Assembly: GCA_905178155.1 (NCBI GenBank)
Contig: CAJINV010000005.1
Location: 8,533,591 to 8,597,590 of the forward strand
Source of the DNA: Amoebophrya sp. A120
Lineage: Eukaryota > Protista > Dinoflagellata
DNA length: 64,000 bases
Direction: 5' to 3'
Part shown: positions 24,541-36,699 of the stretch, one piece after another
How the letters are laid out: each line of letters begins with the position of its first letter
How positions within the stretch are numbered: the stretch's first letter is position 1
Position numbers and translations under genes: made by a program
The notes under the pieces: model-generated
Databases searched by the model: none
What the model was told of the DNA's origin: nothing
Seen by the model: only the letters and a program-made list of their open reading frames with translations

Positions 24541-27500
24541 ATGATGCTTCAACTCCTGCTCTGGGCCCCCAGCATGGTGCTCATCGCGTTCTTCTTGTCC
24601 CTCGGCCACGACCTTGTGTATCCTGAGTAAAAGCGTCCCCACCCCAGAGTTGTCATGCAGATTTTCAGTCACAGGAAGATTTGTAATGCGCATCTCCACG
24701 AGAGCAATTTTCAATTGTGTTTTGGACTTTCTAATGCCCTAAACAGGATGAGTAGATGGATTTGCGTTGCGGCTGTACTTGCTAAAAAACTGCACTTTAC
24801 AATACAGAGACGAACTTGTCACGCTTGATTCCCAAAACTTCTCGACTTGTGTTGCGAGATCCCCATCTTGACTCTGGGGTGGGGACGTTTTTGCTCAGGA
24901 TATTGTGGCGGGTATAATCACGACGGCGGGAGTTCTTGTCCTAGTTGCAGTCTTCAAGAACCAGGCGCGGTTCGTTTCTAGTACGGAAGTAGAGGACATT
25001 TTTCGGCAAACGTGGTGCGGAGACGGAAAACGTGGTGAAGGAGAAGGAAACGGTGGTGGAAAAAATAACGGTAGCATATGGATTGCAAAAATGTCTGGGT
25101 CTGGAAACCTGTGATGCAAGGAAGGGAAGAGCGAGCACTCTGTGATGCGCTGCCCAGCATGACAAGTTTTTCCGTGGTTCTGAGTTGCGTACTCCGCATA
25201 AGAAGCCGCGTTTTTGTATGACAGAGAAGAGGACCTCTTCGCGGGCACGCAATACAGAGTTTAGAGTCATGCCAGACTAGCATGACAAGTCTCAGAATCT
25301 TCCAGACCCAGACACTTTTGCATTTGATATAGCAGCGGAATAAACGGTAGCAGCGGAAACGGTGGTGGACACGCTAGCGGCGGAAATAACGGTGGCGGTG
25401 AAGACTGTGGTGGCGGTGAAGACTGTGGCGGCGGAAACGGTTTCACCCCCACGCCGATCAATGCTGACAGGTACTATGAGGGCAACGAGCGCACAAACGG
25501 GCGAACCGTCAGACAGATCGTTGCGAACCTGCGTGGCGTTATGATGGGTGCAAACCCAAACGCTGCAAAAGTAGATGAGCGAGGGCATCGACAAAGTCAA
25601 AGCGGCCTGCCGGCTTGTAGCATTGTGTACCTTGCGGGCGACTCTTGGATGGATGTCTCGCACTATCTACGTGGAAACAGACGAAAGGAAGCACGGCAAC
25701 CTGCCAAATACCTACGACAAGTTTATGCCGTACCTGAAGCCAGACGTGCTGTATTATCTCTCGAAATTATTCCACGACAGCACCACGACCACCGACAGTA
25801 GAGATGTTGACAAGAACAGCTCGTCCACCTCGTCCTGGCACTACACCCAATGCGTGATGGCTGCGCAAGCGGGCTCAATCTTGCGAGGCCGCACGGTGCC
25901 CGGCGGTCCAAACGTGCTCGCAAACGACGTCGCGATTCGGGACACCGTATCAAATGTAAAAATGTCTGGGTCTGGAAGATTAGAACTTGTCATGCTAAAT
26001 CTGAATGATGCAAAAATCAAAATCTGTGTTGCGTGAGTGCCAAAAGCTGGCCGCTTTTGACCAAGGTGAGAGGGAGTTTCTCATGCAGGAAAGGCATGAT
26101 AGAGACCTCAAAGAATCTGTCATGCTGGGTCTCGCATTCCAGACCTCACGCGTCATGGAAAACCTGCATCACAAATCTTGCACTCTTCCAGACCCAGACA
26201 CTTTTGCATTTGATACACCGTGACGGAGCACGACCGCATCGTGGTGCACGTCTCGGGGAATGACATGAACAGCATTTTTAAGCAAGTTTTGCGCGGCAAG
26301 GGTTGCGTAGCGATCGTCAAATATCCTGTGTAAAAACGTCCCCACCCCATAGTCAAGTTGGTAAATCTGCAACACAAATCTCCAAGTTTTGGGAGTTTTG
26401 CATGACAAGTTTCCATCTGTAGCGTCGTGCTGTTTAGCAAGGGCAGCCGCATGAGAAAGCCAGCCTCTCATTCTGTTTACAGCATTACAAAGTCCAAAAC
26501 ACGATTGGAAATGCCTCTCATGCAGATCCATATTACAAATGTTCCTGTCAATGCACATTTGCATGACAACTCTGGGGTGGGGATGTTTTTACCCAGGATA
26601 TCAAAGGAATTGTGACTGGGTCTTTGAAGCAAGAAACGATCGAGGCACTTAGAATCCTGTGGCAGGAAAATTTTCCGAGATACCTGAAATTTTTGACCGA
26701 GAACAAAAAGCCGAGGGAGATCATCGTGCTCTCACAACCCATCACGCGCCCTGGCTACGTGAAGCGCCTCGTCTCCCGCAAGGTTCCCGGAGGCCGAAAC
26801 ATACCGTCATTTCTCCTGTCGGGCTTGTTTTGGGCTGTGAATCAGTTCTTCAGCGGCTTGCACCTCGACGGCTTTCCGGTGTTGCGGGATACAGTGAACG
26901 AAATTCAGAATGGAAACCCCGAACTGCAAGGGATTCGAATCTATCCACTGCAAAAGTTACTAGCACCGCGCTGCTCGTACTGTAGCCTGTCGCCAAGACA
27001 CCTAGACAGCCATATGTCGAGGGCCTTTTCCGGCCAGTGTCTTTGATTTCGGTCTTTGGGAAAGTATTTGAGATTCTTCTGGATAGGAGACTCAACATTT
27101 TTTTGGAAGGTCATTCCTGGGACGGCCCAAAAGTGCTTCCAAAATTGAGCGAGCCTGTGCTGCCGATTAACTCGGTGGCCTACAGGCTAGCTTTCTTCAA
27201 AGAGATGAGCGCGGCGAAGATTCTCAGCCACCTGTTCACCAGCCACAAGACACCAAGCGGAGAAAGCATCAAGAAAAAATGGTTACTGTTGAATGACAAT
27301 GAGGCAGGGTTCGATGTAGTTAGGCATTTGACAACGATAGAAATAATGAAGGAACTGAAGGTGCCGGAAGACATCACTTTTGCAACACTGGACTGGATGC
27401 ATGGAAGAAAATTGAAGATAAAAACAGGAAAAAACACATGGAATCTTTCTCCTGGCATGCCCCAAGGCTCGCCGTATAGTGGTGGAGTCTTTAACGTGCA

Positions 27501-30500
27501 TAATATGCGGATGTTGCAGATTATGAGTATAGAGAATGCGCCACCATATGGCGAACAAAATCAGTATAGTGATGATAATTCACAACAGGGCGTCGGGGAG
27601 AAGGAGGAGGCGGATAATGTGAAGAAGAAGCTGGTGGAGACTGGGAGGAAGTTTTACATTTTTTTCGAAGAAAGCAAAGCAGTAGCAATTTACTTCGAGG
27701 AGGGTAAGAACCAAAAAACGGTAGAGGAGGGCCACGCGGGGAGGAGCCTGGGCTTTTTCTTCGACGGCACCTGGACCATGGATAGTCATTTTGCGGAAAC
27801 GATGCAGAAGGGGAGAGTTGAAATATCTACGGTGTCCTCGATACGGAATTTGAAATTCTCGAAGCGGGTGGATATTTTTAGAGCCCTGGTATACTCTGCT
27901 TTTAGTTCTAATTCTGTGCCCCAGTATAAATATTTTCGTCAAAATAACTGCCAAAAAATATCAGTTGAGGTGGCAAAGGGCCTGAAGACTATCGCATACC
28001 TACCGGCGCACTGTCCGAGTGCAGTCTTGTACCACGCCGCGGGGATGCCGGACATCCAGAGCGAGATTATCGCGAACTCAATGCTGATTTTTTGGAAAGG
28101 AGTAGCTGTAGGCTCCTGGGAGAGGGGGAACAAGGAGGAATTACTCAAAAAGTATCCGAACATTTTTAGCAAACAAGAAACAGTACAGCACTACTTTGAG
28201 TTCCACCACCACGCGCCCTACATTGACTTGATGCAGATCGCGGCCTACAAGTTCTTTGCCCTCTTTCAGGCAGTACAGGTCAATCACAAGCTGAGGATAG
28301 GGCGGGTTTTCTGGAAAGGAGTAAATCTGGAAGTGAAGGACATGGACAGGATAGGTGAGGAGTACGGGTTTGGACCACTATCAGCTCTGCAGGGTGAGAA
28401 GCTTGACCATGCTAGGAGGACGATTGCGAAGGAGCAGGACGCGATGTGTAGGACTTTGATGCGGAACTTTCGAACGGTAATAGTATCAGCAGTCGACGGA
28501 ACTGTGAACAAAGGCATAAATCTCGGGGCGGGGTCCGGGTTATCGTGGTGGCGGGGCGGCAAGATGCAAGACGATAAATGGATACCGGGTAAAGGTGAGG
28601 CTCTACCTAAGCCTATTGTCACAAGTTTTTGCTATATCTTTTCACCACTGCAGGTGCTACTGAAGGTAGATTCATTTGATAGTGAAAGTAGAGGCGCTAT
28701 TCACCATCTGAAGAAACTCATCCAGGCTATCAGGTGCGAACTATACCCGCAGGGGGAGATACGGGAAGAAATGGTAACTGATTTTTATTTTCTCCAAGAC
28801 TCCAACTCAGTTGTACAGGCACTCGACGCTTATGGCGATCGCTCGAACCCGGCGGCGCACAAGATTGCTAGGATGCTGGAGGACCTTCGCGACTTGGTGA
28901 ACGGCAGTGAATTTTCCCCGCCAGAGAACGAAGCGCGGTTTCACTGGTATTGGACACCAGCACACAGCGGTGGCGTACTAAATGACCACGCGGACCGCCT
29001 ATCGGAAGTAGCAATGGAAGCATGGAACGCGGGGAGGAGGATAAATAGTGATGGAGGGATCAGTAATCACTACAGCAAGCTCCTAACAGTGCCGATCATG
29101 CGTCGACTTGTTCTGGACAGGATATTAGGGGATCTTCTAGATAGAAATAAAACAGTGTCCGAAGATTTTAAGAATCGGCGGAAGCTGCTGGGGCCGTTTC
29201 GACCAGCAACAGGAATACTCCCATCCAGAGAGGCTGAGATTGTGTATTTCTGGATCTTCTTGGGGATTGCACCCCCCCGGCAGTTGGGTTGTGGTGAAAT
29301 GTTTTACGAGGAGCAAGTGTTTAGACAAAAGTGTTTGAAGTGTGAAAAAGTTACTGACTGCTGTGTGGATCACGTTTTGTTTCATTGTCAGGAACTGAAA
29401 GAGCAGCGAAAGGCTATTTTTGGCCACGACTTCCTACCATCTACGCTGGGGCGGGAATACATTAAAAAACCAAAGTTGGTTCTTAGTTATGTAGTGGCGG
29501 CGAAGTTGGTCAATTCCTTCTACTGCGAACAAATCGAGAAACAGCTGCGGAGCAACAAGGTGGCGGAGAATTGGGACAAGCCGGAAAAACACAAAAACAA
29601 GATGCGGAATGTAGCGCCGAAGACTGAGACGCAGCAGGATTTTTTGAACAACACGCACCCCTTTCGCCTCATGCGGGATCGAGAAAGGCGGAACGTATTG
29701 CACTGGGGACCGACATCGACGTGCGTGGGCGTCAAAACCGAAACAAGTGAGGATGTGTCAGTTTTGGACTGGGTGTCTTTTACGTCGTAAGAGCGAGACT
29801 TGACAAGCAGAAGGCTGGACCTGCACTACACAACAGGGCCAGAACATGATGAAGAAGTAGAATCAATTTGCGATGGTGAGGCGGTGAAGCGAAATGGGAG
29901 CCACTGCGTGCAGTTCTTGACCGCTATTTGGAGGAGGCGAGGTGAAGAAGATGAGTACAGCTTCGTGCGAGAAGTGTATGCAGTGGCGCTACAGCTTTGA
30001 CTGAAGTATCTTTAGTACAAGAAAAGAAAACAAACTACTACGAGAGCTCTGTCTTTTTTTTGAGATGCTTTTGACATTTATCGCAGCTATCTTTTTTTAG
30101 AGAAAAGCTCAGGCAGATTGCAGCAGGGCAAGATCGTTCGAGTGGGGGCGCTAGGTGGACCGGGACACCGGAACCTGCTCGGGTAAATGATCAAAGAGTG
30201 CTTATGTAAATAGCCTGAGCTTGGTATTCTAGAAAGATAGCGAGTAGTGACACTGAAGAGGAAAATTGGAAATATAGGCGCGTAAAATCCATGAAAGCGA
30301 GTTGACTGCCACGGACCAAGGATCATCGCGGAGGTGTTCGTCAGCAGACGTGACGATCTAAAGATGAAAGCCAGTAGAATGCTTTCTGCTATTGAAATTC
30401 TCTGAGCTGAGATGGGTCTTTTTTTCGGCACCTGGCTCCGTCTTTCCGTATCTTATTGCTACTGTTGTGCATTATCTGCTGCTGTATGAGATCTGCCGTC

Positions 30501-33500
30501 ACTTATGACTAGTGTTTTAGTGTGGCCTCTTTCTTCTCCACTGTTGAAAGATAGACTTGGTCATGAGTATCGCAGTGATTTTGTAGTGATGAGGTGAATC
30601 TCAATGGATGTCAGGAAAGGCAAATAAGTAACTTTAGAGAAAGCAAATAGCAAAAAGCATGTCCGGGGAAGAACAACGGGCAAGGCAGCAGCTGCAAGCG
30701 GTGGAAGGGACTACTACATGGACGATCACACTCCTGCCGAAACCAGATGACCAGCGAAATCCAGCCGACTATCACACTAGACCAGTGGCACCACGACCAC
30801 AACTACCACAGCGAGCGTTGCGTCCGCTCCTGCAAATGGATCGGGACGTGCCCAACGTGGCGGGAATTCCGATGGGGGTGCCGTTCAATGCGATTGCGGC
30901 GCTACTACTAGGACATGAAGAAGAAGATCAGGAACAGAATGGGGGTGGAGGAGGCCTAGATCATGTTGAAGCTGCAGTGCAAGAAGCAGATGAACGCGCA
31001 CTACCAGCTTCGAAATTATACATGAGAATCAGGACGCAAAAGAGGAGCAGGCGACTAGCATAACATGAACCACTACCATGAGGAGACGACGAAGGAACAA
31101 AGTGCAGCTCTAAGAATACATGTGTTCGACTTTTTCGCAAGTCTGCCTCTAACATAGAATGTGCATATATACAACCATAATCATGAATAGATGGATTGAT
31201 AGAATTCGACCTCAAAATAATAGATGATTTGTTTCTTCTTTTCTTTCCTTTTGTGCCCGATATATTGTCTTGCTCGGATGGTTTTCTCCTCTCATGTACC
31301 TTTGCCTCCTATCTCATTGCTTCTTGTTGCATACATCTTTTGTTCCTAGGATCTTTATTTTCTCCTCACTTCCTTGTTCCCCTTTCCTCCTTCTGACGGG
31401 CTCTTGTGTGCGAGTGCGTGCCATTCCCTGCTGATTCCTGTGTGCTGCTTTTGTCTCTCTGGTCTTCCTGTTTTCTTGCCCCCTCTCTAGCTTTCTTTTA
31501 GCTTCTTCCCTTATTGTATTGGCCTATCTCTGTCTTGCGCCTGAATGAATTCATCTATTAATATTCTTGTTAGATGATGCAGAGTCTGGGTCTCAGATAT
31601 GGAAAGAAGAGAAGATTAGACTCTTGATAAAAAGATAAAGATAAAATATCCACCAGACACAGAAGTAGAGGCAGATAATAAAAGAGAAAAAGTCCTTGTT
31701 TTTGAACGCGATGCATAAAAGTGCTGATGACGAATGCGAGTGGATAGATGGGAATCTCTGAGCTGGTGGTAAGAAAGCAGAGTCGGGTAGAGGTACACAG
31801 CTATTTTTATATATTTTTTTTTTACTTCAGATAATTTAAACGTAAGTAAGTAGGCTGCGTTACACATTCATCAAGTATTTAAGCCTGCGAGGAGAAGAAG
31901 AGAAGAAGGAGGACAAGTAAGAAAAGAGGCGAAAGGTGCGAATGGGTCTGCGACATTCCTGCTATAGTGTTGCCGCACCATAGAAGGATAAAAGTCAGGC
32001 TCAGGGAGCTACCAAGGCGTGCGGAGCAGGACTATCAATTATGAGTGATCATCTATCATGCATATTGAAGGGCTGGACGGGACAGGTATGGACGTGGAAG
32101 CGCTCTGCGCCTGACCACGTCACACATAGCAACAGAGATCAAACGGGCGCCGCGATTCGAAATTGTGCCGATGTTGCTATCTGGGACCGACATGCAGACG
32201 CATCGTAAAATCGGGAGAAAATATATAGCGACCAGTTTTAAGAAAAGGAAAAGACGCGCAACTTGGGACAGCACACTTTTGCGCATTTATTTCTCATCGA
32301 GTCCAGCAGAAAGAGCCAAGGGCACTACCACCACTCCGAAGCGGCCGACCCAGGGTGGTTAGTGTCGACCAGACCGACGGCGGTATTTTCTGCTAGGTGT
32401 GGGATCTAAATTTTCAAAAGAGGAAGGGAAGTATGTCAAATAGAATTTACATGAATATTAGTGCCTTGAGTACTAGCGCGTTTGAAAAGCCTTCATAAGT
32501 TCTACACACCAAATACCAAACGGAAAAATCGACCACAGCCAAATTTTCAAAATTTTTTCCGGCCGGATCGACCCGCGGACCCGGGGACTACGGTTTGCGG
32601 GGATGAGTACGGTGCAGATAGGCGATTGAAAATCTGCGCTGGGCTGCGGCGCGCGACGCCTACTGTTGGCGTTGCACCAGGCCCCTCGTCGATTTCTATG
32701 CCGAGCTGCCCGAAGCGGCCCCAGTTTCATCCCGGGCATGTAGCTACGGTGCCCAAACAAACGGCACCAATGCCACGGCCCCCATAGAATTCGGGGTAAC
32801 AATTTAGCAGCGGACGCGCAATCCATAGCGCTTAGCTGGCTAGCCACTTGGCGCGCCAATGGCCAAGCCGCCCCCGATGACTGGCGGAGGCACTTTTCTG
32901 ATAGGCTTTGGGACTTGCATGTCGTGCCGCGTCCTGTATATTTTTATCCAGGTCTGGCGTCGTTATAGCCTGGCCGGCGGTTGAACGGACCGGCGTGAAC
33001 TGAGGGAAGTGTCGGCGTGGTGAAGAAAGCCGGGCGGCACTTCGAGCTTCGCAAGGAAGTTCCTACAAGATATCTCTGGGGGCGCCTTAAGGGGGTGCCC
33101 TATCGAGGTGGCTGGAGGGGGTGCCCTTCGCTGCTGTGGCCGATTTCCCCCGATGGACCATACCATCGGCGGAAGGGCTCCGGGGGAAATCGGCCACAGC
33201 AACGAAGTCCACCCCGTTCGGCAGTGCCCTTCAGCGCGGTGGCCGATTTCCCCCGATACGGGCTCTTGAACATCAGAAAGCCATAGGAACCGCCCGCGAG
33301 GGCGCTCCGGAAGCGAGCACTCTCCCTGCTCCCTGGCGCCGGTCACCATGCCAGAAACGCCCCAGACAGTGCATTTTCCCGTCGCTTCTCTGGCCGCATC
33401 CCTGCGCGCCAGTTCCTGTCGAAGGTGCAGCTGCCGGCCCTGCGGTGCTGGCCCACTATAGCTGCGATAGGTGGCCCGCCTGGCCAGCAGAGGCCTTCGC

Positions 33501-34788
33501 GGCCAAAATGCTACAAATTGGATTTGCTCTTTGATAGTAGGGTCCATGAGCGAAATGGAGCAGAGCCCATTAGTGAACAGAATCAGTATAGTCGGGCGCG
33601 CTTGTCGTGATTTCTTTAATGCCTCGGCGAAGGTGAGGCCTCCGCGATGCAACATTGGAGGCCCTTTGCAGCAGGTGGCCCACCATTCGGCATCCAGATG
33701 CCCGGCCAGATAAATTGCGTGGCGACGACAATGCTTGAGCCCGGTCGTTCCGAGTGGTATCCCGGATCGAAAAAAAAAAATTTTAAAAATCTGGCTGTGG
33801 CCCATTTTTTCGTTTGGTGCCAAAGTTTTGCGTGAGAAGGTGAAGCAACCGTGCCCTACAGGTAAGTGGGAGACTGAGATTGGTACTTACTTCATAGTCC
33901 GCACCTCTTCCGTGCATGATTTGTATAAGTTGATATGTATGCTACAACCGTTGTGCCAGCCTCTGGCAAAGTACGATCGATCGGTTGCAAAATAGATATG
34001 TATGACAGGACTAAGAAGTAAATATCATAGGTAGAATTCTAGCGGCAAGAATCCTACCTATCTTCGTCTCCGCTCATCAGTAGGATGACATACTCGTGGT
34101 GGGTGCCTACCGCTTTGCGCGAGCACGCTTTTCCTTTTCCCTTTTTTTTGCATGCGGGTAGCCGTTATAGAGGCCAAAATCCCCTCCCGCAGGCAAAAAA
34201 AAAAAAAAATATTACTTCTTGCATGTTGACAACTCTATTTTCGGTAATTCAGCACTGCAAATTCAGCCCGTTTTGTTTTCACGTAGAGAAAATTTCTTGA
34301 GCAAAAATGCAGTTGCCACTGGATAGTTCAAGTAGAGTACGGTAGTGCTTTTGCAGTGCATAGATTTACGGCATTGAGTACCAACGACGTGCTGCGCGGA
34401 GACCAGACGCCCGACTTGTACGCCAACGACAGTTTGCATCCGAATTGGCGCGGCAGCGAGGTTTATGAATTGCAAATATGTCTGGGTCTGGAAAGTTGGA
34501 ACTTGTGATGCTAACTTCGGACTCTGAAAAAATTTGTATTGTATGGCCAGCAAGTAGAGGAGTCTAGCACTAGCTTGTGCTTCGCCGGGAGGGCCTTTGT
34601 CATGCGGAATAGGCATCAGGAAGCAATCAGAAGATCTGTGATGCTAGGGGATACATGCATCACAGACGTCACGGGTCATGTAAAATCTGCATGACAACCT
34701 TCCAGACCTAGACATGTTTGCATTTGATAAAGTTTTGGCCAGAAAGCTGTACGATTACATAGCCACTACTTCTACACCCTGCAAGTAG
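24541..34788 (+). CDS. SGNH/GDSL-type hydrolase with hydrophobic N-terminus (7 exons; one +1 frameshift near 25665, so a possible pseudogene or sequencing error)
   Basis: Exons 24541-24618, 24908-25076, 25335-25947, 26221-26321, 26606-26941, 34368-34463, 34735-34788 (1447 nt = 3n+1). Block I IVYLAGDS, block III IVVHVSGND, block V DSLHPNWRGSEVLARKLYDYI. Confidence 0.8.
24619..24902. mobile_element. TAT...ATA introner, family E
   Basis: Family E TIR; DR TTGTG. Confidence 0.9.
25077..25329. mobile_element. TAT...ATA introner, family A
   Basis: Family A TIR; DR TAGCA. Confidence 0.9.
25948..26215. mobile_element. TAT...ATA introner, family A
   Basis: Family A TIR; DR CACCG. Confidence 0.9.
26322..26600. 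mobile_element. TAT...ATA introner, family E
   Basis: Family E TIR; DR TCAAA. Confidence 0.9.
26986..29790 (+). CDS. LINE ORF2 fragment: RT, RNase H and CCHC knuckle (no endonuclease; 5'-truncated)
   Basis: RT: FRPVSLISVFGKVFE, GMPQGSPYS, QYSDD, RSLGFFFD. RNase H: AVDGT, FLQDSNSVVQAL, WTPAHSGGVLNDHADRLS. Knuckle: CLKC...DHVLFHC. Confidence 0.9.
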   Translation, partial: PVAKTPRQPYVEGLFRPVSLISVFGKVFEILLDRRLNIFLEGHSWDGPKVLPKLSEPVLPINSVAYRLAFFKEMSAAKILSHLFTSHKTPSGESIKKKWLLLNDNEAGFDVVRHLTTIEIMKELKVPEDITFATLDWMHGRKLKIKTGKNTWNLSPGMPQGSPYSGGVFNVHNMRMLQIMSIENAPPYGEQNQYSDDNSQQGVGEKEEADNVKKKLVETGRKFYIFFEESKAVAIYFEEGKNQKTVEEGHAGRSLGFFFDGTWTMDSHFAETMQKGRVEISTVSSIRNLKFSKRVDIFRALVYSAFSSNSVPQYKYFRQNNCQKISVEVAKGLKTIAYLPAHCPSAVLYHAAGMPDIQSEIIANSMLIFWKGVAVGSWERGNKEELLKKYPNIFSKQETVQHYFEFHHHAPYIDLMQIAAYKFFALFQAVQVNHKLRIGRVFWKGVNLEVKDMDRIGEEYGFGPLSALQGEKLDHARRTIAKEQDAMCRTLMRNFRTVIVSAVDGTVNKGINLGAGSGLSWWRGGKMQDDKWIPGKGEALPKPIVTSFCYIFSPLQVLLKVDSFDSESRGAIHHLKKLIQAIRCELYPQGEIREEMVTDFYFLQDSNSVVQALDAYGDRSNPAAHKIARMLEDLRDLVNGSEFSPPENEARFHWYWTPAHSGGVLNDHADRLSEVAMEAWNAGRRINSDGGISNHYSKLLTVPIMRRLVLDRILGDLLDRNKTVSEDFKNRRKLLGPFRPATGILPSREAEIVYFWIFLGIAPPRQLGCGEMFYEEQVFRQKCLKCEKVTDCCVDHVLFHCQELKEQRKAIFGHDFLPSTLGREYIKKPKLVLSYVVAAKLVNSFYCEQIEKQLRSNKVAENWDKPEKHKNKMRNVAPKTETQQDFLNNTHPFRLMRDRERRNVLHWGPTSTCVGVKTETSEDVSVLDWVSFTS
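32513..33820. mobile_element. ~1.3-kb element bounded by ~55-bp imperfect inverted repeats, nested in the LINE 3' region
   Basis: accaaacggaaaaatcgaccacagccaaattttcaaaatttttt versus aaaaaattttaaaaatctggctgtggcccattttttcgtttggt; internal dyads gtggccgatttcccc/ggggaaatcggccac. Confidence 0.55.
34464..34729. mobile_element. TAT...ATA introner, family A
   Basis: Family A TIR; DR AGGTT/AAGTT. Confidence 0.88.
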
Positions 34789-35759
34789 AACTTCTACCCG
34801 TAGAACTGTCACTGAGGAGATTGGAGATTTTTTTCAAAAAACAGCTACAGGCTGATGTGTAAGGTTCTAGTTTTGGCAAACGCGACTACTTGTTACACAA
34901 AGTGATTTTTTTCCGATCTATTGATGTTTTGAAAAAGGTACAGGTACTAAAGACTGAGAATCAACGAAGAATAATTGTCACAATACAGTACGGATTTAGG
35001 TAGTTTTCTGCTGCCGTTTTGTTTTGGAACACGAAGAGGAGCAAGTCGTGTATGATTGTGCATCGTAGTTAGTGCCCGTGCATAATTTTTGGAACTTACA
35101 TTATACATTGTTTGATGTGTTAGTTGAGGTTTTACATTGTTTGAGCCGTGTTCAACAAAGAGCTTCATGAAGAACCCTTGAGCATAAACATCACCACTTT
35201 ATGTGAAGGCCCGCCGACTTTTTCCCTTTTGACAGCGCAACAAGTTGTAATCTTCATGCTTTTATTATTGACAGCGCAAGTAGTAGTACTAGTCTTGATT
35301 CTTCAGAAGCTAGTATTGAGATTGATTTCTCCCCGGCCCCCGTGCCGTTGTTTTGTTAGAAAGACAAGTATGCGAGACGTAGTATGAAGATGCTTGTTGT
35401 CATCCACCAGGGCAGCATTGCATTCTCATGCTTCAATCATCGACCATTCAGAGTTTAAAAAATTGAAGCGGAAGCAGAAGATCATGTTGTCTTCATAATC
35501 TTCGGACAAAAACAGCTTCATCTAGGAGAACGCGATCGACGCAGCTCTCTTGTGTTCATCAGCTCGTCTAGGTGTGTTTCTTGTTCCATGATCTTACTCA
35601 TCAAGTGCAACAGTGTCTGGGTCTGGAAAGGTGGAACTTGTAATGCGCATTTCACAAGAGCAAGACGCATAAATCTCTCATGCAAGAAAGACAGCAGAGG
35701 TTGCCAATTTTTCTTGTTAGCCGCAAAATAGGCAATTTGTCATGCGGATTAGGCATCGG

Positions 35760-36255
35760 CGCCCTGTGCCCGCCGGTCCTCACCCGTAGAGATAGTGATT
35801 TTTGATTTTTTCCGGACAAGTGACTCCGTGGAACGCTGGTCATTTTTCAGAAATTCTTTTTTCGTCTCCGCCGCCTGCGCCCGCTACCCGCCGGTCCTCA
35901 CCCGCGGAGACAGTGATTTTTGATTTTTCCCGGGCAATCTGTAATGTGCCACGCTGGCCATTTTTTCAAAACTAGCACATTTTCTTTTTTCGTCTCCGTC
36001 GCCTGCGCCCGTTACCCGCTGATCCTCACCGGTGGGAGCAGTGATTTGTGATTTTTCCTGGGCAATCTGTAGCTGGCCATTTTTTTAAAATTAGCACATT
36101 TTCTTTTTTCGCCTCCGTCGCCTGCGCCCGCTACCCACCGGTCCTCACCCGTGGGAGCAGTGATTTTTGATTTTTTCCGGAAAATTTCTACGGTGGACCG
36201 CTGGCCAATTTTCTAAAAACACCCCAATTTTTTTTTTCGTCTCCGCGCCTGCGCC
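35760..36255. repeat. ~127-bp satellite array (~4 units), related to the 14.8-kb satellite
   Basis: Unit core cgtctccg..gcctgcgcccgctacccgccggtcctcacccgtgggagcagtgatttttgattttt; abuts a truncated family A introner (~35600-35758). Confidence 0.85.
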
Positions 36256-36699
36256 ATCTAGAGCCCAAGTAAGTAGCGCAAGTCGGTCTTCCTGTTGTGC
36301 CTAAGTATCCCCTTCAAAAAAAATGGTCGAGTTTCATTGGAACAGCTGAGCTTTGGCGCAATGACTTCTGTGAATTCTGTGGGCGCGACCTTATCCGCGA
36401 CTATAGAACAGAATTTAGGTACAGTAGTACTAGTCTTGATTCTTCAGCAGCTAGTATTAGGATTGATTCTTATTTATCTTTTGACAGTGCAAGAAAGATG
36501 AGTCGAAGATTTCCCCACAGAAGATTTTCCCTATTGAAGATGAAGACTTCCGCCCCACATCATCACCGGGAAATGTTAATGTGGCACGCTGGTGCCAGGT
36601 TTTGGTTTACTATGTACCTTTCGACATTGATCTGCGCGGGTGAATAAAAGAGACTGCCCTCTGGTACTTTCCTGGTGCAGCTACGAAACGTCTTCATAA

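Larger units (their letters stand above)
26986..34209 (+). mobile_element. 5'-truncated non-LTR retrotransposon (RNase H-containing LINE) with long 3' region ending in A15
   Basis: Starts inside the RT just upstream of FRPVSLIS; poly(A) at 34195-34209; the 3' boundary is inferred and no TSD was found. Confidence 0.65.
26942..34362. mobile_element. Introner (H-like TIR) expanded to 7.4 kb by a nested LINE
   Basis: TIR tatccactgcaaaag ... cttttgcagtgcata; DR GAATC/GATTT; removal joins SGNH exons in frame. Confidence 0.8.

Noticed and set aside
26612-27046. ORF read as the N-terminal part of the LINE RT (KVPG...IP, IYPLQK) with a frameshift
   Set aside because: It splices in frame to SGNH exons on both sides, and YPLQK is the translated introner TIR.
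26942-34362. Autonomous introner encoding its own mobilising enzyme
   Set aside because: The cargo is a 5'-truncated LINE RT with no start and a poly(A) tail. A secondary insertion is simpler, and no transposase was seen anywhere in the window.
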